Positions 9,612-18,770 of a DNA stretch of 64,000 bases are shown here, piece by piece (positions within the stretch are counted from its first letter, which is position 1; each line of letters begins with the position of its first letter). This DNA comes from Methanobacteriota archaeon. GTDB taxonomy: Archaea > Thermoplasmatota > Poseidoniia > Poseidoniales > Poseidoniaceae. The translations under genes were made by a program, and so were the position numbers. The notes below the pieces were generated by a model. The model was not told the origin of the DNA. It saw only the letters and a list, made by a program, of their open reading frames with translations, and made no database searches. Where the stretch lies: positions 8,059-72,058 of the forward strand of contig PAOW01000033.1 of the NCBI GenBank assembly GCA_002710015.1, given 5' to 3'.

Positions 9612-10220
9612 CTACTCAGACTCTGAAACACCAAGAGTAGTCTGAACACTACCATCATGCTCGGTTTCATCTCTGAGTGCCAGTTTTCCTTCCATACCAT
9701 CCAGTAAACCTGATGTGACAACCATCTCCCTAAACCATGCTTTGACTTTCTTTCTATCAGTATGAGGGCATCCAAACATCTCAGAGAATCTCCTGGTAGT
9801 GGTTAACCTCCTAGTATTCCCATCTCTCCTTCTACCGACAAGCCCTGCTTGTGCTAATTCACGTATGTGATCGTAAGCTCTCTGACCTAGAAGTTCCACA
9901 AGTCTAGACTGAGGCATAGGTTGATGATATGCAATCAGAGCTGCCGCTTTCAGTAATTTAGGAGGCAATTCTGACTTGGTTTCCTTAGGAAGATGTTCGG
10001 CAATTTTTGGCTTTACTTCCATAGCCCACTTCTTTCCAATCTGAACAACCTGCAATCCGCCACCCCTCCTTCTTTTGATAGTGCTTTGCAGATTTGCTAG
10101 AGATTCAGTAATCTCTTCCTCCTCATAGCCAAGATTTTGAGATAATTCTTCCAACCCTAGCGAGCGACCAGCGCTGAATAACGTGGCTTCAAGCAGTGTT
10201 TCTAGTGGTATTTCTGACAT
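9612..10220 (-). CDS. scpB: Segregation and condensation protein B (ScpB)
   Basis: 202 aa. LEATLFSAG..L...EL and two wH repeats (ALIAYHQPMPQSRLVELLG). Immediately downstream of scpA. Confidence 0.8.
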   Translation of the reverse strand: MSEIPLETLLEATLFSAGRSLGLEELSQNLGYEEEEITESLANLQSTIKRRRGGGLQVVQIGKKWAMEVKPKIAEHLPKETKSELPPKLLKAAALIAYHQPMPQSRLVELLGQRAYDHIRELAQAGLVGRRRDGNTRRLTTTRRFSEMFGCPHTDRKKVKAWFREMVVTSGLLDGMEGKLALRDETEHDGSVQTTLGVSESE

Positions 10221-10232
10221 GTAAATTACTCC

Positions 10233-11399
10233 TTACTCGACCAACCAATCTTCGGGATTCTCTGAAGAAGATGCCTCCTCCAACTTTCGCTGCTCCTCGA
10301 TTTCCTGTTTTTCCTTTTCCGCTGCAATTCTAGCTCTTTCCGCTAGCCTTGCTGCATGCCTCATGGATTCTGTCTCGTCTTCCTTTATCGAAAGTGATTC
10401 GTCTTCTATCATCTTGTTAGCTAAAACAGTGACTTCATCGAAGGTTTTTGCTTTAGGCCACCTATCCTCTAGCATTATCGGGTCATCTGGATCACCTTGA
10501 CTTATCCATGCATAACCGCGATGAGTGAGGAACAAACCAGCAACAAATGACGTTATTTTCGATTCCACATCGTAACCTTCAGGAATCTCTCCAAATGTAT
10601 CGATTAGAATATTTGACAACTCTGATGTAACATCTGCAACTGGAACCTTTGATTCGTTTCTTACAGTCATTACATTCCTCATGGCAGTCCAACATCTGCG
10701 TATATCTCCTTCCATGTCTTCGTTATGCATTCGAGAACCCACATTGTCAAGCATGTTTTTTAATTCCTCAGCATGACTCTTTCTGTAGTCTTCTTTCGCT
10801 TTGAGAATTTCTGCTTCATCACAAGCATCTTTCAGTGCTGAAAGCAATTCACCTAATGTTGATGGTCGCCCCTCATCTCTCCTCATTCGTTCATCGAAGA
10901 ACGAAGGCAAAACGCTGTCAGCGTCTCCTCCTAGTATGGTTGTGGTGAATATAAACTCACTATCATCATAGTCAGACTCCCATCCATAATCAACAAAATC
11001 CTCTTCCTCATCTAAGTCCATTGCGATTACCCTATCAAAGAGAGAGGAAGCCTGCTGAGTGAGAACTTCCCAGGACATTCGTATTAACCTACCACAAGCA
11101 GGTAAATCTAGGCTTTCTGCTTCTTTCCTGACCCGTTGCGTGAAAATTTTCAGGAATGCTGACAAATCGATATTCCAAGGATCCATGCCTTCCTCTCTAA
11201 CTAAAGAAAGAACAAGCGCTACTGAACGGTCAAATGGATCAGACAAAACTTGATGCTCTGCACTTTCCTCCTGTGCGATTCTAAGAATTCTATCCGCATA
11301 TCTCTCAGCTTCTCCAATATCCTCATCTTGGCCAACTAACTTGTCGAGAATATCCTGTCTCAAAAACCAGTCATCTAAAACTGATTGCTGCATTCTCAA
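10233..11399 (-). CDS. scpA: Segregation and condensation protein A (ScpA kleisin), archaeal long form
   Basis: 388 aa. Overlaps the smc stop by 4 nt and lies between smc and scpB. Acidic C-terminus. Assigned on position plus composition. Confidence 0.65.
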   Translation of the reverse strand: MRMQQSVLDDWFLRQDILDKLVGQDEDIGEAERYADRILRIAQEESAEHQVLSDPFDRSVALVLSLVREEGMDPWNIDLSAFLKIFTQRVRKEAESLDLPACGRLIRMSWEVLTQQASSLFDRVIAMDLDEEEDFVDYGWESDYDDSEFIFTTTILGGDADSVLPSFFDERMRRDEGRPSTLGELLSALKDACDEAEILKAKEDYRKSHAEELKNMLDNVGSRMHNEDMEGDIRRCWTAMRNVMTVRNESKVPVADVTSELSNILIDTFGEIPEGYDVESKITSFVAGLFLTHRGYAWISQGDPDDPIMLEDRWPKAKTFDEVTVLANKMIEDESLSIKEDETESMRHAARLAERARIAAEKEKQEIEEQRKLEEASSSENPEDWLVE

Positions 11400-14300
11400 A
11401 CCTCCGAATCTGCCTCAATTTCTGATTCAGCGTCTTCTTCAGTTGCTGCTAATATTTCACTGACAATCTCTCGACGCTCATTTATGTCCTCTGTGAGCTC
11501 CTCTGCTCTCTCAACAATGGCACTGAAACCATCGCTAGGTTCTGTTTCATCCTCGGCCATATGTTTCAAGAGGCCGCCTAGGCTTTTTGGAACAGGCAGG
11601 GCTTCTGGCACCTCAGGCATATTTTCTGCGATTACCTTGGCTTCTTCTATTCTGGAGTGATTTTTGTCCGACGCATCGGATGCCTCTTTCTCTGCTTGAG
11701 CACCCAATTTGATTGCTCTATCACGGTCGAAATCAACGATTCTTCTCGAGCAACCGTCACCGCCATGAGTTATTCCTATGTGATGGTCCGCAAGTTCCAA
11801 TGATACCTTACGTAACGTTACCATAATGAACTGTGCTGCTTCGCTTCTGTTTCTGCATTCTGTTGCGATTAGTTTAGAATTAGGCACGTCAAGGTTTTGG
11901 TCGACCTCATCGAAATAATAGAATGGAGATGGATCGTGGTCTTGAATAGCAAATATCAATGACAATGAAGCCATTGATTTCTCTCCTCCCGAAAGACCTT
12001 GAAGTCTAGACTTGTTCGACTTACCACGTGGTTGTGCCCACATATCTAAGCCACCTTTGAATGGTTCTTCTGGGTTTTCAAGGAATAATTCTCCCCTTCC
12101 ACCATTGGATAGTCGTTTATATACTACCTTGAAATTCTTGTTAACTTCTTTCAGTGTTGCTAGTAGTCTAGTCTTTCTTTGATTCTCAAGCTTGTCTGTA
12201 ATATCAATGAGGCGTTTTCTTCTTTCTTGGAGAGTTTTGAAATCATCTTTCATCTCATCTAATCTAGATTTACAAGCATCATACTGCTCGATTGCCAGCA
12301 TGTTAAAATCACCAAATTTGTCAAGTTTTCTTCTCAGACTATTCAGTTCTTTTTCTGCATCACCAACATTTGGTATTGATGCATCTGAAGAAGCAACTGG
12401 AATTCCCTCGGCCTCCATGTCAACTAACAAATCTGCAAGCGCTTTTTCTTTGATTGCAAGGGCATGAGTTATTTCATTAGCTAATGATTTGGCATTTACT
12501 GCGTTACTAGCCATCTGATTTGCATCTGCTCTAACTTCTGCTCGTTCTTCGACAAGCGATCTACGCTCAAGCTCTAATCCTTCGTGCTCATCTAACAATG
12601 TAGCTCGCTCTGATTCTTTCTCAGTAAGAATAGAAGACTCTTTTTCTATATCTTCTTTCCAGATCTTTACTGATTTCTCCCGCCCTGCCATGTTAGCCTG
12701 AATCTCATCAGCTCTTGATGTAAATGAATCCAATCTTTCGTTGAGAAGTTCCTCTTTTTCCTTACCACTTTCAAGCGTTACTTGTGCCTTTGTAGCAATT
12801 CCTTCTGCTTCAACTCTACGGGTTTGAGCCTCTAGAAGTCTTTGCTTTATCTCATCTGGACTAGAATTCCTAAGGTTTTCGGCAGCTTTTTCTCTTTCAT
12901 TTTCTGCTTCAATTAATGCCATTTCACATTCTTGTAATAGGCCTAATTTTTCTGAATGTGCAGACTCTAATCCATCAAGGCGATTCTCTATTTTACTGGC
13001 ATTTTCTTTAGCTTTGTTAAGTGTTTTTTGCGCCATTTCCAACTCTGTCCTTAGAGAACTTGCCTTGATTGAACTATCATTCTCAGCAAGAGCATTTATT
13101 CTTCCTCTGATATCGTTTTGCTTTGTTCTAGCCTCTCTAAGAGCAGAAGCAACGGTTTGAGCCATCAAGGATAGCCTTTCGACTTCTCCAACAAGTTTCT
13201 CTACCTCGCCAGCACCGTGAATTTTACCACCGAAACCAGTCTTCATTTTTTGGCGACTACCTCCAATCATTGCACCTCCAGGTTCTGTGATTTCTCCACC
13301 AAGAGTAACTAGTCTCACCCCTCCCATAAGTTTCCTAGCAGTTGAAATGTTGTCAACTACTAGCGTATTTCTTAAGGCATATGCTACTGCTGTGCTTATT
13401 CTTGGATCGTAATCTAGAAGTTCATGTGCGAATCCAAGAACTCCTGGTTTGTTTAGTGACATTGCTGCTTTACCGGACGCTCTATTAGCCTGCATTTTGT
13501 TTAATGGAAGAAATGTTGCCCTTCCCAATTTACGGCTTTTCAGCAAAGCCATAGCCTCAGCAGCTATTTGATCATTCTCGACAACCACAGAATTCATTCC
13601 ACCTCCAACTGCGGTTGCAAGGGCATCCGCATGTGCTGGATCTTTAGGAGCGCAAAGTTCGCTAATCGTACCGATAACTCCTCTAAGTTCTCCACGATCT
13701 CGTGCAGCCATTACAGCAGCAGCTCCTGGTGCCATACCATTACTTCCCGAACGCTTGTCAAGTTCAGTTCTGGCAGCAGATAACCTCCGTTCTGCATCCT
13801 GTAACCTTCCATCAACTGCAGATGAGTCGTCTATGAGTCTCTTTTCAGCGTTCTGTGCACTTCTCAATTCTTCGGCTAAGGAAGATAGGTCATTTTGAGG
13901 ATTTGCCTCACCTAGTTCTTCCATCCGCAATTCAACATCGTCAAAGGCAAGTCGAGCGTCATCTAGTTCTTCTTCTGCTTTGGATAATTGCTCTGCAACT
14001 ATATCTGCTTCATTTGCCACTTTCTCGACATCTATCCTTGCATTTTGAAGTAACTCTCGAGATTTTTCAAAAACTTCGGTTGCATCTGATAACGCAACAG
14101 ATAATGCTGCGTTTTTGTTGCCGGAGCTTTCCAAAGATTCTCTAATTTCTTTCTCAATTGATTCGCACTCCATATATGCCTTTTCTGATTCAGAGAGTGC
14201 TTCCTTCGCAGCATCTAAACTTTGAACATGAGTTTCTAAGTCTGCCTTTGCAGATTCTATCTGTTCTTCAAGTTCGGCTAGAATCTCTAAGTCTGATATG

Positions 14301-15283
14301 TCTGCGTCTTCTGCATCTGTTATGTGATCTTTCTTTCTAGCAATTGAGACTTGTAAAGCATTAATTTCCTCGATTAATCCTCCTTTATCTCCACCCATAG
14401 CATCAGAAATTTGTCTTTCCAGTTCTACGATTTTATCATCTAAGCTAAGCAATATCTTCCCAGATGACTTTACAGAATCCTCCAATAGTGCTGCCTCTGA
14501 TAGGAACCTTGCTTTTTCTTCAGCATGATGCTTAATCTCAGCCCTTGCAGAGAGGTGCTTGGATTGTTGCAGCACCACGTTTGCAACATCATATTGCTCT
14601 TTTGTTGATTTAGCCTTCTCCGCTATGGATTTTTCTTTCTCCAATGTTTTGAGTCTAGCCTTTTGCTCGTCCTCAACCAATGATATTCTGTCGATGAATT
14701 CCTCAACCTGTGCCTTCTGCCTTTCGGCTTTGCGGATTTCATCATCATACGAAGTGACTCCTGCAACGGAATCAAGAACTTTTCTTCTTTCCATTGCTGT
14801 CATACTTGATAGTCTAGTTACATCGCCCTGTAAGACAATATTGTAACCATCAGGCCTGGCGTTCGCTTGACCTAACAACCTATGAAATGCCTTTTGGTTG
14901 CTTTCTTCTCCATTAAGCAAATAGGTTGAAACTGTGTTGTTTGACTTAGTCAATCTAACCTCTCTAGTCATCCTTACCTCATCGTTGTCGAGAGGTAATC
15001 TCCTTCTTCCGTTTGACAAAAGAGGATTTGCAAATACAAGTGTAACTTTCGCATTTCTTGCAGGCCGGTTGGATTTACCTCCATTGAAAATAAGATCCTT
15101 GGAATTCTGTGCACGTAGAACCTTTGCTGATCTTGCACCAAGAACAAATTGAATCGCATCGCCGCAATTCGATTTTCCAGACCCGTTAGGACCAGTTATA
15201 GCTGTAAATCCTCGGTCAAACGGGATTGTTGCTTCACCTTTGAATGATTTGAAGTTTTCAACTTCCAGCGTTTTTAGATACAT
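11396..15283 (-). CDS. smc: Chromosome segregation protein SMC
   Basis: The ORF runs to 15301. The likely start is MYLKTLEVENFKSFKGEATIPF...ITGPNGSGKSN (SMC head). It has long coiled coils, a hinge and a C-terminal LSGGEKS...FYYFDEVDQNLD signature. Confidence 0.9.
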   Translation of the reverse strand: MYLKTLEVENFKSFKGEATIPFDRGFTAITGPNGSGKSNCGDAIQFVLGARSAKVLRAQNSKDLIFNGGKSNRPARNAKVTLVFANPLLSNGRRRLPLDNDEVRMTREVRLTKSNNTVSTYLLNGEESNQKAFHRLLGQANARPDGYNIVLQGDVTRLSSMTAMERRKVLDSVAGVTSYDDEIRKAERQKAQVEEFIDRISLVEDEQKARLKTLEKEKSIAEKAKSTKEQYDVANVVLQQSKHLSARAEIKHHAEEKARFLSEAALLEDSVKSSGKILLSLDDKIVELERQISDAMGGDKGGLIEEINALQVSIARKKDHITDAEDADISDLEILAELEEQIESAKADLETHVQSLDAAKEALSESEKAYMECESIEKEIRESLESSGNKNAALSVALSDATEVFEKSRELLQNARIDVEKVANEADIVAEQLSKAEEELDDARLAFDDVELRMEELGEANPQNDLSSLAEELRSAQNAEKRLIDDSSAVDGRLQDAERRLSAARTELDKRSGSNGMAPGAAAVMAARDRGELRGVIGTISELCAPKDPAHADALATAVGGGMNSVVVENDQIAAEAMALLKSRKLGRATFLPLNKMQANRASGKAAMSLNKPGVLGFAHELLDYDPRISTAVAYALRNTLVVDNISTARKLMGGVRLVTLGGEITEPGGAMIGGSRQKMKTGFGGKIHGAGEVEKLVGEVERLSLMAQTVASALREARTKQNDIRGRINALAENDSSIKASSLRTELEMAQKTLNKAKENASKIENRLDGLESAHSEKLGLLQECEMALIEAENEREKAAENLRNSSPDEIKQRLLEAQTRRVEAEGIATKAQVTLESGKEKEELLNERLDSFTSRADEIQANMAGREKSVKIWKEDIEKESSILTEKESERATLLDEHEGLELERRSLVEERAEVRADANQMASNAVNAKSLANEITHALAIKEKALADLLVDMEAEGIPVASSDASIPNVGDAEKELNSLRRKLDKFGDFNMLAIEQYDACKSRLDEMKDDFKTLQERRKRLIDITDKLENQRKTRLLATLKEVNKNFKVVYKRLSNGGRGELFLENPEEPFKGGLDMWAQPRGKSNKSRLQGLSGGEKSMASLSLIFAIQDHDPSPFYYFDEVDQNLDVPNSKLIATECRNRSEAAQFIMVTLRKVSLELADHHIGITHGGDGCSRRIVDFDRDRAIKLGAQAEKEASDASDKNHSRIEEAKVIAENMPEVPEALPVPKSLGGLLKHMAEDETEPSDGFSAIVERAEELTEDINERREIVSEILAATEEDAESEIEADSEV

Positions 15284-15419
15284 CCCTTTCACCCAAATCA
15301 AAGCACTGAAACCTTGACGTTAATTCGGTAAGGAGACGAGGGGGGTTTTGAAGGTTACCCGAGTTGCTGGTTCTAGAAGCCCTTTCTAACACACTGTAAA
15401 ATTAGCCGGCGTATGCCGA

Positions 15420-16208
15420 TTATTGAACCATTCCAGTATTAGAACAACCATTACATCCCTCGCCATTACACAAGTGACAGGTTCTTCCTGCTGTTGACTG
15501 GAAATCATCACGAAGTCCTCCCTCAAATGCATCTTCATACTGAGATAGGCTTTGATGGCCCCACAGATCACCAATAGTCCGATACTTGTCTGCACCCTTA
15601 AGTTTCCTAGTTTTAGCAAGAGAACCTAAATCGCCTCCACGTTTGTATGCAAGGTCTAATTCCCTGTGAGAAAACTCCCTCTTGTCCTCTTTAGTTTTCT
15701 TCTGTTGTTCAATTTTATACTTTGGACCTCTTACAAGAAAAATTCCTGCTGCAAATATGCCAATTTGGACTGCAATTGCAGGTGCGGGAAATGGAAGTAA
15801 GACTGCTAAATCCTCTGAGGATGTTCCCGGTAATTTGTCGAAACTATCAGCCAATGCAATACCACACAGTGTAAGTCCTGTAACTATGGCTAACTTCCTT
15901 ATTCTGACAGCCCAACGTCCTTTTCTAGGCCATCTGAGTAATGTTGAGAGGAATATTACACAACCCTCTATCAGCAATAATAAATCAGGAGCATCCCAAA
16001 CACCTGGTGTTGTCACACATGGATTTACATCACCTGAGTCGAGATCCCTCTGAATTTCTTCCGAATTACAGCCCGGCTCTGCCATCTTTGCTAAAATTAA
16101 TTTTTGAGGAGGGTCTAAGCCCATTAATGCCCCGAATTCAACATTAGCAACGGACACGGCAACCAGTGCTAAGCCGATTACAGCTGCTAACTTTTTCATC
16201 AGGCCCAT
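15420..16208 (-). CDS. Membrane protein with N-terminal signal/TM segments and C-terminal CxxCxGxG zinc-finger-like motif
   Basis: 262 aa. Hydrophobic N-terminus and internal TM helices. C-terminus CHLCNGEGCNGCSNTG resembles a DnaJ-type zinc-finger repeat. Confidence 0.4.
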   Translation of the reverse strand: MGLMKKLAAVIGLALVAVSVANVEFGALMGLDPPQKLILAKMAEPGCNSEEIQRDLDSGDVNPCVTTPGVWDAPDLLLLIEGCVIFLSTLLRWPRKGRWAVRIRKLAIVTGLTLCGIALADSFDKLPGTSSEDLAVLLPFPAPAIAVQIGIFAAGIFLVRGPKYKIEQQKKTKEDKREFSHRELDLAYKRGGDLGSLAKTRKLKGADKYRTIGDLWGHQSLSQYEDAFEGGLRDDFQSTAGRTCHLCNGEGCNGCSNTGMVQ

Positions 16209-16300
16209 ATGCCTATCGTATAGAATGGAACACTTAATTTCTATCGCAATTTTATATCAGTCAAATTTGAATGCTACCGTCTGCTGGGACATCTGTACAC

Positions 16301-17881
16301 ATGGCGAAAGTTGTTATCGTTGGTAGCGGAATTGCAGGACTATTCGCTGCATTAAAACTCGAGGCAGCAGGGCACGAAGTAAATGTCATAACCAAACAGA
16401 GACCACAGGATTCTTCAACAAACTGGGCTCAAGGAGGAATCGCAGGTATTCTCGATAAAACTGATGGAGAAGCTATGCAGTCACACATCAATGACACATT
16501 ACTATCAGGAGACGGAATTTGTGATGAGGTTATTGTTCGATGTGTAGTAGAGGAAGCTGGAGACAGAATAAGAGATCTTCTTGCAGTTGGAGTAGATTTT
16601 GAAAAAGAAGGAGAAGACTTTCATCTTGTAAAGGAAGGAGGTCACTCTGAAAGAAGAATTTTACACGCTAAAGATGCTACTGGTGCCGAAATAGAGAGAG
16701 CATTGAATATGGCAGTCGCACAATCTAGGAATATTACAATGAGCTCTCACACACTTGGTGTGGATTTAATCCAAAGAGTGCACGGAGTGCCTAAAAAGGG
16801 CGTCAAAGGAATTTGGTGTCTGTGTCTAGATTCTGGAGAGATGAAAGCGATACCAGCAGATGCGATTCTAATAGCTACTGGAGGTTGTGGGCATTTGTGG
16901 GAGCGGACCACCAATCCATCAGTATCAACTGGTGACGGGCTAGCTATGGCTGTAAGGGCAGGCGCATCAAACAAAAATATGGCATTTTTCCAATTCCATC
17001 CAACGGCTTTAATGTCAAGAAATAAGACTCCTTTTTTGATAACCGAAGCCCTAAGAGGAGAGGGTGGAGTATTGCTGGATGATGATGGTTTAATTAACTA
17101 TAGAAAAGGAGATGATACTCCTGACAAACATTCTTTCACTCTAGAATTTTCAGACCTCGGAAGTTTAGCGACGAGAGACATAGTAGCTCGCGCATGTGAC
17201 CAGAGAATGAAGGTTACAGGAGCTGATAATGTATGGCTAATTACAGATCACCTTGACAAAGAAAAATTAAGGAATCATTTTCCAAACATCGAATCAAAAT
17301 TGAATGAATATAACCTATCACTTGGAGTCGACCCAATACCTGTTGCTCCTGCTGCTCATTACATGGTTGGTGGATTGTCTGTCGATATCAACGCAAGAGT
17401 GCTTCAAAACAACGCTGACCCAATACCTGGTCTTTATGGAATAGGAGAGGTGGCTTGCACAGGCATGCATGGTGCTAACAGACTAGCATCTAACAGTCTA
17501 TTGGAGGCAATTGTATTTGCTGACCGTGCTTCAAGGCATTTCATTTCAAATCCAATAAATGAAGGAGAGTCTGTTCCTAATTGGAGAGCAGATGGAACTC
17601 ATCGACTTATTGAGCATGCACCCCTAGTCAGAGACCTTGAAACGCTGAGAAAAACAATGACTGATGATGTTGGAATTGTAAGGAGTTTCAGTAGACTGAA
17701 CAGAGCTAAAAGGATGTTAGACCTATTGGAGACTGAAGTCGATTTGATTTGGAGAAAAAGTATACCAACACGAGAACTGATAGAGTTAAGGAATTTGGTA
17801 GAGGTTGCAAAACAAATAACTGATGATGCAATGTCAAGAACCGAAAATCGTGGTTTGCACTACAATAAAGACCTTATCTGA
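16301..17881 (+). CDS. nadB: L-aspartate oxidase
   Basis: ORF from 16271; the likely start is MAKVVIVGSGIAGL. It has NWAQGGIAGIL and HGANRLASNSLLE, and no SdhA-type covalent-FAD His context. Confidence 0.75.
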   Translation: MAKVVIVGSGIAGLFAALKLEAAGHEVNVITKQRPQDSSTNWAQGGIAGILDKTDGEAMQSHINDTLLSGDGICDEVIVRCVVEEAGDRIRDLLAVGVDFEKEGEDFHLVKEGGHSERRILHAKDATGAEIERALNMAVAQSRNITMSSHTLGVDLIQRVHGVPKKGVKGIWCLCLDSGEMKAIPADAILIATGGCGHLWERTTNPSVSTGDGLAMAVRAGASNKNMAFFQFHPTALMSRNKTPFLITEALRGEGGVLLDDDGLINYRKGDDTPDKHSFTLEFSDLGSLATRDIVARACDQRMKVTGADNVWLITDHLDKEKLRNHFPNIESKLNEYNLSLGVDPIPVAPAAHYMVGGLSVDINARVLQNNADPIPGLYGIGEVACTGMHGANRLASNSLLEAIVFADRASRHFISNPINEGESVPNWRADGTHRLIEHAPLVRDLETLRKTMTDDVGIVRSFSRLNRAKRMLDLLETEVDLIWRKSIPTRELIELRNLVEVAKQITDDAMSRTENRGLHYNKDLI

Positions 17882-18770
17882 GAGATTTTATTTGGGCCAG
17901 TAGAATAGAGTTTAGAGGAGTAGGAGTTCCGAGTTGTTCGCCTCTTTCGACGATTTGTCCACATAGTGAATCGATTTCAGTCTCCTTTCCCAACTTTACA
18001 TCTACAAGCATTGAGCATGTATTATCTGAGGTAGCATTCAAGACATGATGTAAATTTTGTATTAATTCCAAATCACTTCCTATGTCAATGCCAATTAATC
18101 GAGCTATTTTTGCACCCTCTAGCATAGTAGATTCCGCTTGCGAAATGAGAGGCTCCTCGAGTAGTGCACCGTTTTTAACACCACATATGGCTGCAATCGG
18201 GTTTATGGCTATGTTAATCAGCAACTTATTCCATAAAATAGAAGATAAATCTTCTTGATATATTGCTTCAAGTGAATTTAATTGATCTACAAACTCTGTT
18301 CCTTTTGGACCACCAATTACTAGATTCCCTTTTCCAACCCATTCTATACTACCCGGTGAAGGCCTTTTTACTGCGTTTGTAGTAACTGCTACTGCATAAT
18401 TTTCATGCTTATATTTCTGAATAACTTCCTTATTGCCAAGGCCATTTTGAAGTGACATAACTGGGCCATTGGTCAAATCCTTGGCAATCTTAGCCATGTA
18501 TTCTGTATCCTTAGATTTGCAAGTTATTATCACTTGATCGAATCTATTTTTCAAAGAATCATGAATTCCAACCTCGTCTAAACTTACTGTCCACTGGTCT
18601 GGTTTGATTTTCTTACCCCAAACTCCGGACACTGAAAGGCCATTAACCGCTAAAGCAGCGCCATGTTCACCTCTAGCATGGACGTGGACCTCATATCCGG
18701 AATCAACTAGTTTAGCCGCAATCAAAGACCCAATTGCACCTGCACCGAGCACTGCTATTCGCATACTCAT
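17874..18770 (-). CDS. panE: 2-dehydropantoate 2-reductase (ketopantoate reductase family)
   Basis: 298 aa. N-terminal Rossmann MRIAVLGAGAIGSLIAAKL, and an overall ApbA/PanE-like length and layout. Confidence 0.65.
   Translation of the reverse strand: MSMRIAVLGAGAIGSLIAAKLVDSGYEVHVHARGEHGAALAVNGLSVSGVWGKKIKPDQWTVSLDEVGIHDSLKNRFDQVIITCKSKDTEYMAKIAKDLTNGPVMSLQNGLGNKEVIQKYKHENYAVAVTTNAVKRPSPGSIEWVGKGNLVIGGPKGTEFVDQLNSLEAIYQEDLSSILWNKLLINIAINPIAAICGVKNGALLEEPLISQAESTMLEGAKIARLIGIDIGSDLELIQNLHHVLNATSDNTCSMLVDVKLGKETEIDSLCGQIVERGEQLGTPTPLNSILLAQIKSLR

Noticed and set aside
12192-14846. Multiple 60-96 aa plus-strand ORFs inside the smc gene (e.g. 12192..12467, 13855..14145, 14559..14846)
   Set aside because: They are antisense to a confidently identified 1300-aa SMC gene. 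Their low-complexity translations are typical of shadow ORFs of coiled-coil-encoding DNA.
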